A program made the translations under genes and the position numbers. A model generated the notes under the pieces. It ran no database searches. It was not told where the DNA came from and worked only from the letters and a program-made list of their open reading frames with translations. From Octopus vulgaris (taxonomy: Eukaryota), in NCBI GenBank assembly GCA_951406725.2, contig OX597838.1, positions 32,612,001 through 32,676,000 of the forward strand: 64,000 bases of DNA. The letters run 5' to 3'. Every line of letters begins with the position of its first letter. Position 1 is the stretch's first letter. Below, in pieces: positions 27,399 to 39,568 of the stretch.

Positions 27399-28745
27399 TA
27401 TGTATATATCATCATCATCATCATCGTTTAACGTCCGCTTTCCATGCTAGCATGGGTTGGACGGTTCAACTGGGGTCTGGGAAGCCCGAAAGCTGCACCA
27501 GGCCAGTCAGATGTGGCAGTGTTTCTACAGCTGGATGCCCTTCCTAACGCCAACCACTCCGAGAGTGTAGTGGGTGATTTTATGTGCCACCGACACAGGT
27601 GCCAGACGAGGCTGGCAGACGGCCACGCTCGGATGGTGTTTTTTATGTGCCACCGACACAGGTGCCAGACGAGGCTGGCAGACGGCCACGCTCGGATGGT
27701 GTTTACTTATGTGTCACTGACACAGGTGCCAGACGAGGCTGGCGGACGGCCACGCTCGGATGGTGTTTGTTACGTGCCCTCAGCACGGAGGCCAGTCATT
27801 GCGGTACTGGCTACGGTCACGTTCGGATGGTTTTCTTATGTGCCACCGGCACTGGTACCACAAGGATACAAATTCCATTGATGTTCATCTATTTTGATTT
27901 GGTTCGATTTGATTCGATATATATATATATATATAATAGGTGTAGGCATGACTGTGGTAAAAAAACTTGCTTCCCAACCACATGGTTTCAGGTTCAGTCC
28001 CACTGCATGGCATCATGGGCAAGTGTCTTCTACTATAGCATCAGGCCAACCAAAACCTTGTGAGTGAATTCAGCAGACGAAAACTGAAAGAAGCCCATCA
28101 TGTATATATATATATATATGTGTGTGTGTATGTATATATATATGCATTTATGTGTTTGTGTTCCCCCCCAACCTGCCGCCATTGCTTGACATCCATTTAT
28201 GGTATGTTTATGTCCCTGTGATTTTGCAGCTCAGCCAAAGTGACCGATAAAATAAGTAGCAGGCATACAAAGAATATGTCCTGCAGTTGATTTCTTTGAG
28301 TAAAACCCTTTAAGGTGGTGCTCCAGCAGGGCCACTTCCAAATGCCTGAAACAAGTAAAAGAAAATATCCGCAACAGAAGCCGTATTAAGACTGAATGGT
28401 GATGTTTATCCACCCCACCGCCCCATGGATGTAGATGTTCTGTTAGAACGAATCAACACTAGTTGCCAAGCAGTGATGGGAAACAAACACACACATCGAT
28501 GCCAATGTCCAATATTTTAAACCCGGGTTTGTCCCCATTAACAGGGGTAGCCAGATCTACCTCACGCTTACAGCAACTGCTCTCACACCATTCCGCCCGG
28601 TTTGGGGTTTCCTCCCTCCTCAAGACAACCCTCCCAATCTCCTTCTCCACAATTTCGCGGTTCATTCACTTTAAACTCAAGCACTCTCCTCAGAACATGA
28701 TCCTCATCCTTCTTCCTCAGAACAGACTATACTGTGGTAGATACC

Positions 28746-29523
28746 TATTTCTTTACTACCCACAAGGGGCTAAACATAGAGGGGACAGACAAACAGATTA
28801 AGTCAATTACATTGACCCCAGTGCATAGCTGGTACTTAATTTATCTACCCCGAAAGGATGAAAGGCAAAGTCGACCTCGGCAGAATTTGAACTCACAATG
28901 TAGCGGCAGACAAAATACCTATTTCTTTACTACCCACAAGGGACTAAACACAGAGGGAACAAACAAGGACAGACAAACAGATTAAGTCAATTACATTGAC
29001 CCCAGTGCATAGCTGGTACTTAATTTATCTACCCCGAAAGGATGAAAGGCAAAGTCAACCTCGGCGGAATTTGAACTCACAATGTAGCGGCAGACAAAAT
29101 ACCTATTTCTTTACTACCTACAAAGGACTAAACACAGAGGGAACAAACAAGGACAGACAAACAGATTAAATCGATTACATCGACCCCAGTGCATAGCTGG
29201 TACTTCATTTATCGACACCGAAAGGATGAAAGGCATAGTCGACCTCGGCGGAATTTGAACTCAGAACGTAACGGCAGACGAAATATCTATTTCTTTACTA
29301 CCCACAAGGGACTAAACACAGAGGGAACAAACAAGGACAGACAAACGGATTAAGTCGATTACATCGACCCCACTGCGTAACTGGTACTTAATTTATCGAC
29401 CCCGAAAGGATGAAAGGCAAAGTCGACCTCAGCAGAATTTGAACTCAGAACGTAACGGCAGACGAAATACGGCTAAGCATTTCGTATGGCGTGCTCACAT
29501 TTCTGCCAGCTCGCTTGCCTATC
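28746..29523 (-). mobile_element. SINE family B concatemer: one head plus 4 tandem bodies (about 175-185 bp each)
   Basis: Units restart at about 28741, 28915, 29098 and 29282; flanked by 16-bp direct repeat TACTGTGGTAGATACC (28730-28745, 29524-29539). Confidence 0.9.
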
Positions 29524-30177
29524 TACTGTGGTAGATACCATGGGAAAAACACTCCTATTGGCTTTTGTCCATAGTACCAGAGCAGTAATTCTCAACGTGG
29601 AAAAGAGCAGCTTGTCCTGGAGCCTCTCTGATCCCTGAGATATTCACTGTCAAGTAACCTTATAATTCAGAGATCCTTCCTTTCTAAAATTTTGCATTAT
29701 AAATAGAAACTAAATCATAGGCGTGGGAGTGGCTGTGTGGTAAGTAGCTTGCTTACCAACCACATGGTTCCGGGTTCAGTCCCACTGCGTGGCACCTTGG
29801 GCAAGTGTCTTCTACTATAGCCTCGGGCCGACCAAAGCCTTGTCAGTGGATCTGGTAGACGGAAACTGAAAGAAGCCTGTCGTATATATGTATATGTATG
29901 CATGTGTGTGTATATGTCTGTGTTTGTCCCCCCAACATCGCTTGACAACTGATGCTGGTGTGTTTACGTCCCCGTCACTTAGTGGTTCGGCAAAAGTGAC
30001 TGATAGAATAAGTACTAGGCTTACAAAGAATAAGTCCTGGGGTCGATTTGCTAGAACCACAGGTGATGCTCCAACATGGCCACAGTCACATGACAAAGAG
30101 TAAAAAAAAAGTAACTCTGCAGAAATGTGCTCTAGCTATTCTGTAGTCTAACATCAACAGCTGGAACAAGAACCACA

Positions 30178-30410
30178 GCACATGGCATAGTGGTTAAGAG
30201 CATGGGCTACTAACCCCAAAATTCCGAGTTCGATTCCAGGCAGTGACCCGAATAATAATAATAATAGGATCGAAAAATACCTTAGGGATGAGGACCCAGG
30301 TTCGAAATTTCCCCAAGACACCGGATGAAGGTTAGAGTGTATATCAGCCGAAACGTTGTGTTAACAACAAACAAGATGAGGACAAATATCCGTCAAATGT
30401 AAATAGTGTA
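30178..30410 (+). mobile_element. Third, solitary copy of the hammerhead-bearing tRNA SINE (core degenerate: CGGATGA)
   Basis: Collinear with 10968-11205 over its full length. Confidence 0.8.
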
Positions 30411-30864
30411 AAGAGCCTCAATACCCACAAATATATATAAAATTGGATTAAGAACACCTAAGAAACAATACCTCTACCATTTACCCTACACCCCTCCACA
30501 AACACATGTATGTATGTATATACTAGCAATCTGTTAGTTACAATGATGACAGTTCCAGTTGATCCGATCAATGGAACAGCCTGCTCGTGAAATTAACATG
30601 CAAGTGGCTGAGCACTCCACAGACATGAGTACCCTTAACATAGTTCTCAATGAGATTCATCAAGACACAGAATGTGGCAAGGCTGGGGCCTTTGAAATAC
30701 AGGTACAACTCGTTTTTGTCAGCTGAGTGGACTGGAGCAACATGAAATAAAGTGTCTTGTTCAAGGATACAAGTCACCAGGAATTGAACTCACGACCTTG
30801 CAATCATGAGCCAAATAGCCTAACTACTAAGTCACACACAGTCACTAATCCATATGTGTATGTA

Positions 30865-30923
<59 letters not shown>

Positions 30924-30927
<4 letters not shown>

Positions 30928-31530
30928 GTCCTTGAACGTTTTCATCAGAGATGTCTCAGACACATTCTCAATGTTGGCTGGACCTCAAAAAAAGAAAAAA
31001 ATTCCAGACACACAGATCCTGAGGACAGCTGATATCTTGGGTATTGAGGCGATGGTGCACAAGCACCGGTTGCGTTGGACTGGACACCTTATTAGAATGA
31101 AGGATTCCTAAGCAGATGCTCTATGTAGAACTTGTGAATGGAAGGAGACTCCGGCAGAAACCAAGGCTGCGATTCAAGGACTGTGTCAAGTCCTCGTCAA
31201 AGACCTGTGATAAGCAGGACACTGACTGGGAGAACAATGCCTGTCATCGCCACAGATGGAGGAAGTAGGTTAAGGAGGGGATCGACACTTTTGAGAGAGC
31301 ACGTATCCAGCATGAAGAACTTAAGCGAGCAGCGCAAGAGCGCACGGCTCGTATAGTGAATGGGGAAAGCTTGGTCTGCAATGTTTGCAGTCGTGTATGC
31401 TTGTCAAGAGCAGGGCTCATTAGCCACCAACAGAGCCGCAAATGCAAAATATAAGTTAGTCCTAGAGCGTACAATGTTCCTGAAGGTCGGCAATGGTCTT
31501 CCTCGGTCACAAGTGGACAGCCATCATCAT
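30924..31530 (+). mobile_element. RTE-clade LINE 3' fragment (5'-truncated, frameshifted)
   Basis: RVLERFHQRCLRHIL, RLRWTGHLIRM, PRLRFKDCVK, and C2H2 motif CNVCSRVCLSRAGLISH; (CAT)n tail. Confidence 0.85.
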
Positions 31531-31754
31531 ATATATATATATATATAATCCTTTCTACTCTAGACACAAGGCCTGAAATATGGGGGAGAAGGTTAGTTGG
31601 TTACATCAAACCTAGTGTTTCACTGGTACTTAATTTATCAACCCCTAAAGGATGAAAGGCAAAGCCGACCTTGGCGGAATTTGAACTCAGAGTGTAATGA
31701 CAAACAAAATACCGCTAAGCATTTCACCTGGCATGCTAACGATTCTGCCAGCTC

Positions 31755-31799
<45 letters not shown>

Positions 31800-32939
31800 G
31801 GAGCGGTTGGCGTTAGGAAGGGCATCCAGCTGTAGAAACACTGCCAGATCAGACTGGAGCCTGGTGCAGCCTTCTGGCTTCCCAGATCCCCGGTCGAACA
31901 GTCCAATCCATGCTAGCATGGAGAACGGACGTTAAATGATGATGATGATGATTTATATTTATAATAAAAATAAGCAACAAGGATATCCAAGGTAGTGTAG
32001 TACAATCGTTTCATGCTACTACCTTGGATAATATCCTTGTTGCTTATTTTGATTATAATCACCCCATTTGATTTATATGGATAATACCACATCAAATTCT
32101 GGTGCCTTCAGTACCCTATTCATCTGAATCTAAATTTTGCTGTATTTATATTTATATATATATATAATCATCATCATTTCATGTCCATGTTCCATGCTAG
32201 CATAGGTAGGACGGTACCACAATATCCAGCCAGGCTGAAGCCTGTACTAGACTTCTGTGACTATTTTGACAGGATTTTTACAGCTGGATGTTCTTCCTAA
32301 CACCAACCACTCAGCAGAATGGAGTGAGTGCTTTTTATGTGATACCAGCACAAACGAGGTCAGTTTTGACATGGTTCTTACAGCTGGATGCCCTTCTGAA
32401 CACCAAACACTTAACAGTGTGGACTGGGTGCTTTTAAGTGGAACCTGCACTGACGGGGCCACCAAGTACTTGCAAGACAAAACCTTTTTAGGAGAGAGGA
32501 GTTGATGATGAAAAAGTTACAGTGAGATATGTTGGTGTCTTGCTGAAGAGGAAGTACAAGGTTACCTGGCTGGAGAGAGAAAGATCAAGGATGAAGACAG
32601 AAACGAGTGTGCTGCCGCAAAGAAAATACACGGTTGCCCAGCCTGAGGGAAGTGCAAGAGAAGGAGAGAGAGAGTGGGAGACTGCAGGATGGAGATGGTG
32701 GAAATCAGAGTATAAATGAGTGGAACGGGAATCAGAGTATAAATGAGATGGTTGAATAAAGGAAGAGAGAGATAGTGGCAAGTGCTAGGGCATACCCTTA
32801 TACTCTTGGGGTTCAAATACCATAATATAAGTGAAAGGATATTGCGAAGGGAGTGTGATTAAAGAGTGCAAGTAAGTGGTGAAAGACTTGGGTATATATA
32901 GAGTTGGAGGGGCTTCTGGATAATAATGATACAGAGGAG

Positions 32940-33363
32940 CAGGAGTATAAAGTGTATGCAGTAATGTACAAATGTCTGGAAAGCGAACAATGTATGAGTC
33001 AGATAAATGCTTGTGTGTGTATGGAGGGGAGAAAGATCAGGTGCATTTTTGGCGAATCTCAGGAAGCATGGAAGTTTTGAAGGATGCAGTGCTCCGACAA
33101 CTAACAACTGATGCCGGCAGTTTGTTCCATGCTTCAGCAACTCTCAGCGTGAAAAAATGTTTCCTGAAGTCATGGGAGCTGTGCTGTTTTCTGACTTTGT
33201 AAATATGTCCACGGATGTTAGACAGGTGGAGTTTGAAAAGGTGCTCAGAGTTATTGTTTGTAAGATGGTTGATAATTTTATGGGTGTCTGCGAAGTCAGC
33301 TGCCAGACGTCGGAGTTTCAATGTGTCCATGCCCAGGGAAGTAAGGCATTCAGAATATGGCAA
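32940..33363 (-). mobile_element. CR1-group LINE 3' fragment
   Basis: PYSECLTSLGMDTLKLRR...RGHIYKV...RKHFFTLRVAEAWNKLP. Confidence 0.85.
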
Positions 33364-33475
33364 ATTGAATTTTTCCCTGTAAGTTAGAAATATTATTCCA
33401 TCAAATTACTATATATATATATATATATATAGGGGACTATTGTAGTTCTCTTGAAGCATTGTGTATTGTTTGTAA

Positions 33476-33762
33476 AGAATAAAAGGTTTTGAATGATACA
33501 ACAATGCACTATAATATATAAAAAAAAAGGATTGTATACCTGTTGTAATTTAGTTATCCATACTCCAATGATATTTCAGAATACGATTCCTTCTTCAGAT
33601 ATTCTTAGATGGAGTCGCTGCTATAATCGGTTAGTAGCGACTCTATCTAAGAATATCTGAAGAAGGAATTGTATTCCGAAATATCATCGGAGTATGGATA
33701 ACTTGGTCCATTTTTTTATATATTATAGTGCATTGTTGTACCATTCAAAACTTTTTATTCTT
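33476..33762. repeat. About 290-bp fold-back (inverted duplication) containing a CTGAAGA/stem II/GAAA hammerhead core in each arm
   Basis: Arms are reverse complements around about 33625; + strand CTGAAGA-aGGAAT-tgt-ATTCC-GAAA at 33657-33681; flanked by TA/TG repeats. Confidence 0.75.
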
Positions 33763-33765
33763 ATA

Positions 33766-33833
<68 letters not shown>

Positions 33834-33939
33834 TATATAAAGTTAATCCAAACAAGAAAACACAAAAAAACACAACAACGCGAGGACATGGAACAAATAA
33901 AGTATTATTGGACGCTCAGGAAAGAAGGGAAGAAGGAGG

Positions 33940-33974
33940 GTTTAACGTTTCGAGCGGAGCTCTTCGTCGGAAAC
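33940..33974 (-). ncRNA. Hammerhead-like motif with variant core, in a (TA)n-flanked remnant 33840-34050
   Basis: - strand reads GTTT-CCGACGA-AGAGC-tcc-GCTC-GAAA-CGTT-AAAC; the core has C in place of U4. Confidence 0.55.
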
Positions 33975-35213
33975 ATAGAAGGAAAGATCCCAAGAAGGGA
34001 AGACAGAGGAAAAAAAAAAAATCGCCAGCGGTACTCACGAGGTCACATATATATACATATATATATATCAGGCATGTGCCTTCAGCAATTAGTCATAGTA
34101 GGTAGTTGGTGACTTCTATGTAGTAAAACAAAAAAATAAACGAAACACAGGCCACAACCGAGTTGTAGGTAGATTGACTTCTTCTTGCCTTTATAGCACG
34201 TAAAGTATATGGTGTTGTAAGAGTGTCCGCAGCACATGTACTACAGCAGTACTATGCATAGCTTAAATGCTGAGATTGAAAGGCAGGGGCGAATTATGCC
34301 TACCTAATCTACCAAAGAATTTATTTTGCATTTTGTGCAGAGTAATCAGAGTAACCTTCATAATTTTATTGAATTAGGTACATATTTTGCCATAAAAGGA
34401 AAACATCACTATCGATCTATTTCATTCAGGGTAGGGGCTCTGCCTACCTTGCCTACCCAGGCAGCACATCCCTGGTATGTATATATATATATATATACAT
34501 ACCAGGGATGTGGGGGAGGAACAAATACAGACACACATAAATATATACATATGTCGGGCTTCTTTCAATTTCCGTTTTCCAAATCCACTAACAAGGCTTT
34601 GATCGGCCCAAGGCTATAGTAGAACACGCTTGTCCAAGGTTCCACGCAGTGGGACTGAACCCGGATCCATGTGATTGGGAAGCAAGCTTCTTACTGCACA
34701 GCCACGCCTGTCTGTGTGTGTGTGTGTGTGTTTTATGTTTGTCTCCCACCACCATTGGTTGACAACCGATGTTAGTTTGTTTACGTTACCGTAACATAGC
34801 GCTTCGACCTAAGATCCCAATAGAGTAAGTACCTGGTTTTTAAAAAAAAATTAGTACTCTGGTTTATTCATCTCACACACGCCAAAGAAAAAATTTCAAT
34901 GATGGAAACAAAATAAAGATGAAAGCCAAAAGAAGTAATGTTATTTAAGAGAGGCACGGCGTAATGATTCTCCCAAGACAACAAGATTTGCTTCAAAACG
35001 AAATTCACAGCAAAGAAAAAAAAAGGCAAGGGAGACAATTACGAAGTCTCAAACTCAGTACTTGAAATTTCGGAGTTGTCTTCTCTTGTCTTACTTGCCC
35101 CTTTAAGAAGATCTAACGCTTCTTTGTCAACCAAAACGATATAATTTTAATCGTATGAAGAAGAGTTTGTTTGTTTTTTAACTCATTAAGTTCAGGATGT
35201 CAACATCTTCACT

Positions 35214-35625
35214 GGATCTTTTCGCTTTGACCGACAGATTTTTTAAATAATTTCCATGTAACTAAAAAATTTTAAACTGGCAGAATTTTAGAGTTAGGGT
35301 TAGTTAGGGTTAGGGTGGGGGTAAGGGTATCGTTTTTTCTTCAGAAATGTAAATAAACCCAATCTGTTTCTTAAACGAGGGACATTTTCATATGACACCG
35401 CTAGAAAATGTTTACGGCAGCGAATGTTTTCACCTCAATAGACGTCATTGATTGGTTGAAATTGCCGAAAATATCGTACAAATATCTTAGAAACTACAGA
35501 ATTTTCTCAAGAAAGCCAAGAGAAAAAGATGTTTTATAAACACATTCTACCAGTATACGAAGTTTAAAAGTGTTTAATTACATGGAAATTATTTTTCAAA
35601 TCTGCCGGTCAAAGCGAAAAGATCC
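35214..35625. mobile_element. MITE with GG...CC termini and 8-bp TSD (Merlin-like), internal TTAGGG repeats
   Basis: TIR GGATCTTTTCGCTTTGACCG / CGGTCAAAGCGAAAAGATCC; TSD TCTTCACT at 35206-35213 and 35626-35633. Confidence 0.9.
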
Positions 35626-35759
35626 TCTTCACTTGCCAATTTGTTTTTGTTTTCTTGCTGTAGATCTGAGTAATTTCTCATCATTTCCTCACCTCGTCAT
35701 TTGCAACGACGCTGCTTACATAAGATTATAGCGTTGCAACACAAAATACACTCCACCTT

Positions 35760-36110
35760 TATTCTCTAGAAAAACGACGACGACGTGGTGATCTCATTTT
35801 TGCTCACAACATCATAAGCGGAAAGTGTAACCTCTCGAAAGAGCTGTTCTTCACTCCTGCTCCAGAGCGTGGGCTGCGGGGTGACTCCGAAAAGCTCTAT
35901 CTGCGACGATTTCATCTCAATCGAAGGAGAGGGGCTTTTTCCGTCCGGGTTGCGGATCCGTGGAATAAGCTGCCAGACGAGATGGTGAAGATGCCGACGA
36001 CCGCTCGGTTCAAAGTCTCCCTTGATCTCAAGTAGCCTGAACTCTTTACATGAACACCACCCTGTACATAACTCCATGTCCCCCTACATGGCCTTGCTTT
36101 TTGAGCCAAA
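35760..36110 (+). mobile_element. CR1-group LINE 3' fragment (second family)
   Basis: + strand LEKRRRRGDLI...LRGDSEKL...AFSVRVADPWNKLP. Confidence 0.85.
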
Positions 36111-37087
36111 AAGAGACCGATAGAGTAAGCACTAGGCTTGCAAAGAATAAGTCCTGGGGTCGTTTGCTCGACTAAAGGCGGTGCTCCAGATTAAGAGTAA
36201 AATAACCGTCTTGATACACAACAGCACCAGTTTCAACACGCGATTTCACATCAGGAATCTTGCAAAACGAACTGAGAGTCAAGACTATTGAAAAGGTTGC
36301 AAGACGCAACGAAAATTTTAGGAAAATAAAAACAAGAAATAAGTGGAAATTTTACCGGTGAGTGTGTTAAATTATAAGGCACAAAAAGAAAATGACTCTC
36401 CCCAGACACAGCAGAACTGATTGCACACAAATTTTAACAACAAAATCTTATATCGGCCTCCTAAGGGCCATATGGACCCCAGTTATGAACCACTGATATA
36501 CACAGATGTTAGAGATTCATGCTGTCTTCCTTAGCCATAAAATTATATTTTGATGATTTAAACAGGCGCCATAGATCTCTTCTTCAGTTCACTGTGCTGA
36601 AAAGTTCGTAGCATAAAGATTATGGAGCAAGGGAGATAACTCTTCATTGCTTACAGCATAAAAAAAAAACAAGCTACTTTGCCTTTGCCGGTTTCACGGT
36701 TGAATGGACAATGCTAGGGAGAAGGGGCATCCGTTGAACTTTAGAAATAAATGCTCTAATAAAGAATGCATAATTATTCCTTGCATCTACAAGTGTGGAT
36801 ATTTAAATAGATGTAAACAAGGTTACAAAAAAAGATACACAACCACATTGGTCTGAGTTCAGCTCCACAACGTTACACGTTGGGCAAGTGGTTTTGCTAC
36901 CATTGCTTTGAGCCGACCAAAGGGGACTGTGAGCGAACTTGGTAGACGTGTGTGTGTGTGTAACCACAACTTGACAACCGGAGTTGGTTTGTTTACATTA
37001 CCGTAATTTAACGTTTCGCAAAAAAAAAAAAAAACAGATGGCAGACGAAATACCTATTTCTTTACTACCCACAAGGGGCTAAAACAC

Positions 37088-37432
37088 AACCGATGCTGGT
37101 GTGTTTACGTCCCCGTAACTTAGCGGTTCGGCAAAAGAGACCGATAGAATAAATACTAGGCTTACAAAGAATAAGTCCCGGGGTCGATTTGCTCGACTAA
37201 AGGCGGTGCTCCAGCATGGCCGCAGTCAATTGACTGAAACAAGTAAAAGAGAGTAAAGAGTATATATACTCTTTTACTTGTTTCAGTCATTTGACTGCGG
37301 CCATGCTGGAGCACCGCCTTTAGTCGAGCAAATCGACCCCGGGACTTATTCTTTGTAAGCCTAGTACTTATTCTATCGGTCTCTTTTGCCGAACCGCTAA
37401 GTTACGGGGACGTAAACACACCAGCATCGGTG
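37088..37432. repeat. Near-perfect tail-to-tail palindrome of two family A SINE 3' ends (about 170-bp arms)
   Basis: Axis GAGTATATATACTC at about 37258-37271; arms differ at only a few positions. Confidence 0.9.
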
Positions 37433-37445
37433 GTCAAACACAGAC

Positions 37446-37478
<33 letters not shown>

Positions 37479-39199
37479 CGACAGGCTTCTTTCAGTTTCC
37501 GCCTACCAAATCCACTCACAAGGCATTGGTCGGCCTGGGACTATAGCAGAAGACACTTGCCCAAGATGCCACGCAGTGGGACTGAACCCGGAACCATGTG
37601 GTTGGTTAGCAAGCTACTTACCACAAAGCAACTCCTGCGACTATATATATATATATATACACACACACACGCGTGTGAGCGTGTGTATGTATGTATAAGG
37701 ATAGAGAGAGAGAGAGTCGAATGCACTTTTAACTTTGACAATATAAGTAATGCTATAAATCTTTGTGACGTGTGCCAGAATGGATGCGTGTGTGCACGAG
37801 TTCGTACCGGTGTGCGTGTGTGCATGATGTGTGTGTGCGTGTGTATACAACCATGAAAACTAAAGCTTGTAATTAAGAGACAACAACAATAACAACATCA
37901 TCCCCGTAGATGATAGACTACAAGCATCCTCTGACGTGTCATCACTATGGTTACCACAGAGGTCACTCGATTCTTGTTAGCATAGCAACAATGTGGTCAG
38001 TACTCTTGCACAGCGGAGTTGTTTACTTATTGGCATATCTGGAGCGTGACGGTTTTAAAATACCACCAACAATAACAATGGTCAATAGTGACTTCGAATT
38101 TCTCCACACTGCTCTGACCTTGATCAAGACAGGCGGCGAACTGGCAGAGTCGTTAGCACGCCGGGCGAAATGCTTAGCGGTATTTCGTCTGCCGTTACGT
38201 TCTGAGTTCAAATTCCGCCGAGGTCGACTTTGCCTTTCATCCTTCCGGGGTCGATTAAATAAGTACCAGTTACGCACTGGGGTCGATGTAATCGACTTAA
38301 TCCGTTTGTCTGTCCTTGTTTGTCCTCTCTGTGGGTAGTAAAGAAATAGGTATTTCGTCTGCCGTTACGTTCTGAGTTCAAATTCCACCAAGGTCGACTT
38401 TGCCTTTCATCCTTCCGGGGTCGATAAATTAAGTACCAGTTATGCACTGAGGTCGATGTAATCGACTTAATCCGTTTGTCTATCTCCTCTATGTTTAGCT
38501 CCTTGTGGGCAATAAAGAAATATATTAGCCTCTCAGCCACTAATTCACTCAATCTAGCTCTGAATAGGTTATCAAGGCGCATGGATCAGTGGTTAGAGCA
38601 TCGGGCTCACAATCAGGTGGTAGTGAGTTCGATTCCCGAACCGGGCTGTGTGTTCTGTTCTTGAGCAAGACACTTTATTTCACTCAGCTGTAGAAATGAG
38701 CTGTGACGTCACAGGTGCCAAGCTGTATCGACCTTTGCCTTTCCCTTGGATAACATTGGTGACGTGGTGATGGGGAGGCTGGTATGCATGGGCGACTGCT
38801 GGTCTTCTATAAACAACCTTGCTTGGACTTGTGCCTCGGAGGGTAACTTTTTAGGTGCAATCCCATGGTCAGTCATGACCGACAAGGGGTCTTTTCCCTT
38901 TTTTAGGTACTGCTTAAAAAATTGTAGTATTTGGGTCACTATTGTTTTACTGGTGTTGGTTGGTTGGTGGAGTCGTTGGATATTTGTTGATGTAGTAGCA
39001 TGAGTGCGGCCATGCTGGGGCATCGTCATTAAGTCGTTTTAGTTGATTAGATAGGCTCTAATGCGGTGTCTTCGAGGAATTATGTCAAATGCAATAGTGA
39101 TTGAAGTAAAGGGAGATAACTCAGTCGATCACCCACGTGAGTGTGTGTGTGTGTGTGTGCGTACGTTCGATTGTGTGCGTGCGGGTGTGAATCCAAATT

Positions 39200-39568
39200 G
39201 AGCGGTGTCATATGGAAATTGTCACCCATAATTATGACCCTAGAATCGATCTATTGCATTTCAATCTATTTGAGGGTTATGGGTGGGGGGAAGGGTATCT
39301 TTTTTTTCTTCAGAAATGTAAATAAACCCAATCTGCTTCTTAAACGAGGGACATATTCATATAGCACAGAATACTTTTTAACTCAATAGACGCCAGTGAT
39401 TGGTTGAAATTGCAGAAATTGAAGAAGAAACACAACAAATATCTTACAAACTATAGAATTTTCTCAATAAAGCCAAGAGAAAAAGATGTTTTATAAACAC
39501 ATTCTACCAGTATACGAAGTTTAAAATTTTTTAGTTACCTAGAAATTACGTTCAAACCGAAAAGATCC
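39200..39568. mobile_element. Truncated third copy of the same MITE
   Basis: Internal sequence matches 35320-35600 and ends in CGAAAAGATCC; left TIR missing. Confidence 0.75.

Noticed and set aside
28746-29523. Tandem 180-bp units (also 41707-42488) and the 1730-2210 / 27580-27860 minisatellites as possible CRISPR arrays
   Set aside because: Whole units repeat with no unique spacers; SINE-derived; eukaryotic context with no cas genes.
35290-35320. Interstitial telomere or chromosome fusion scar
   Set aside because: Only 3-4 TTAGGG units, lying inside a MITE with TIRs and TSD.
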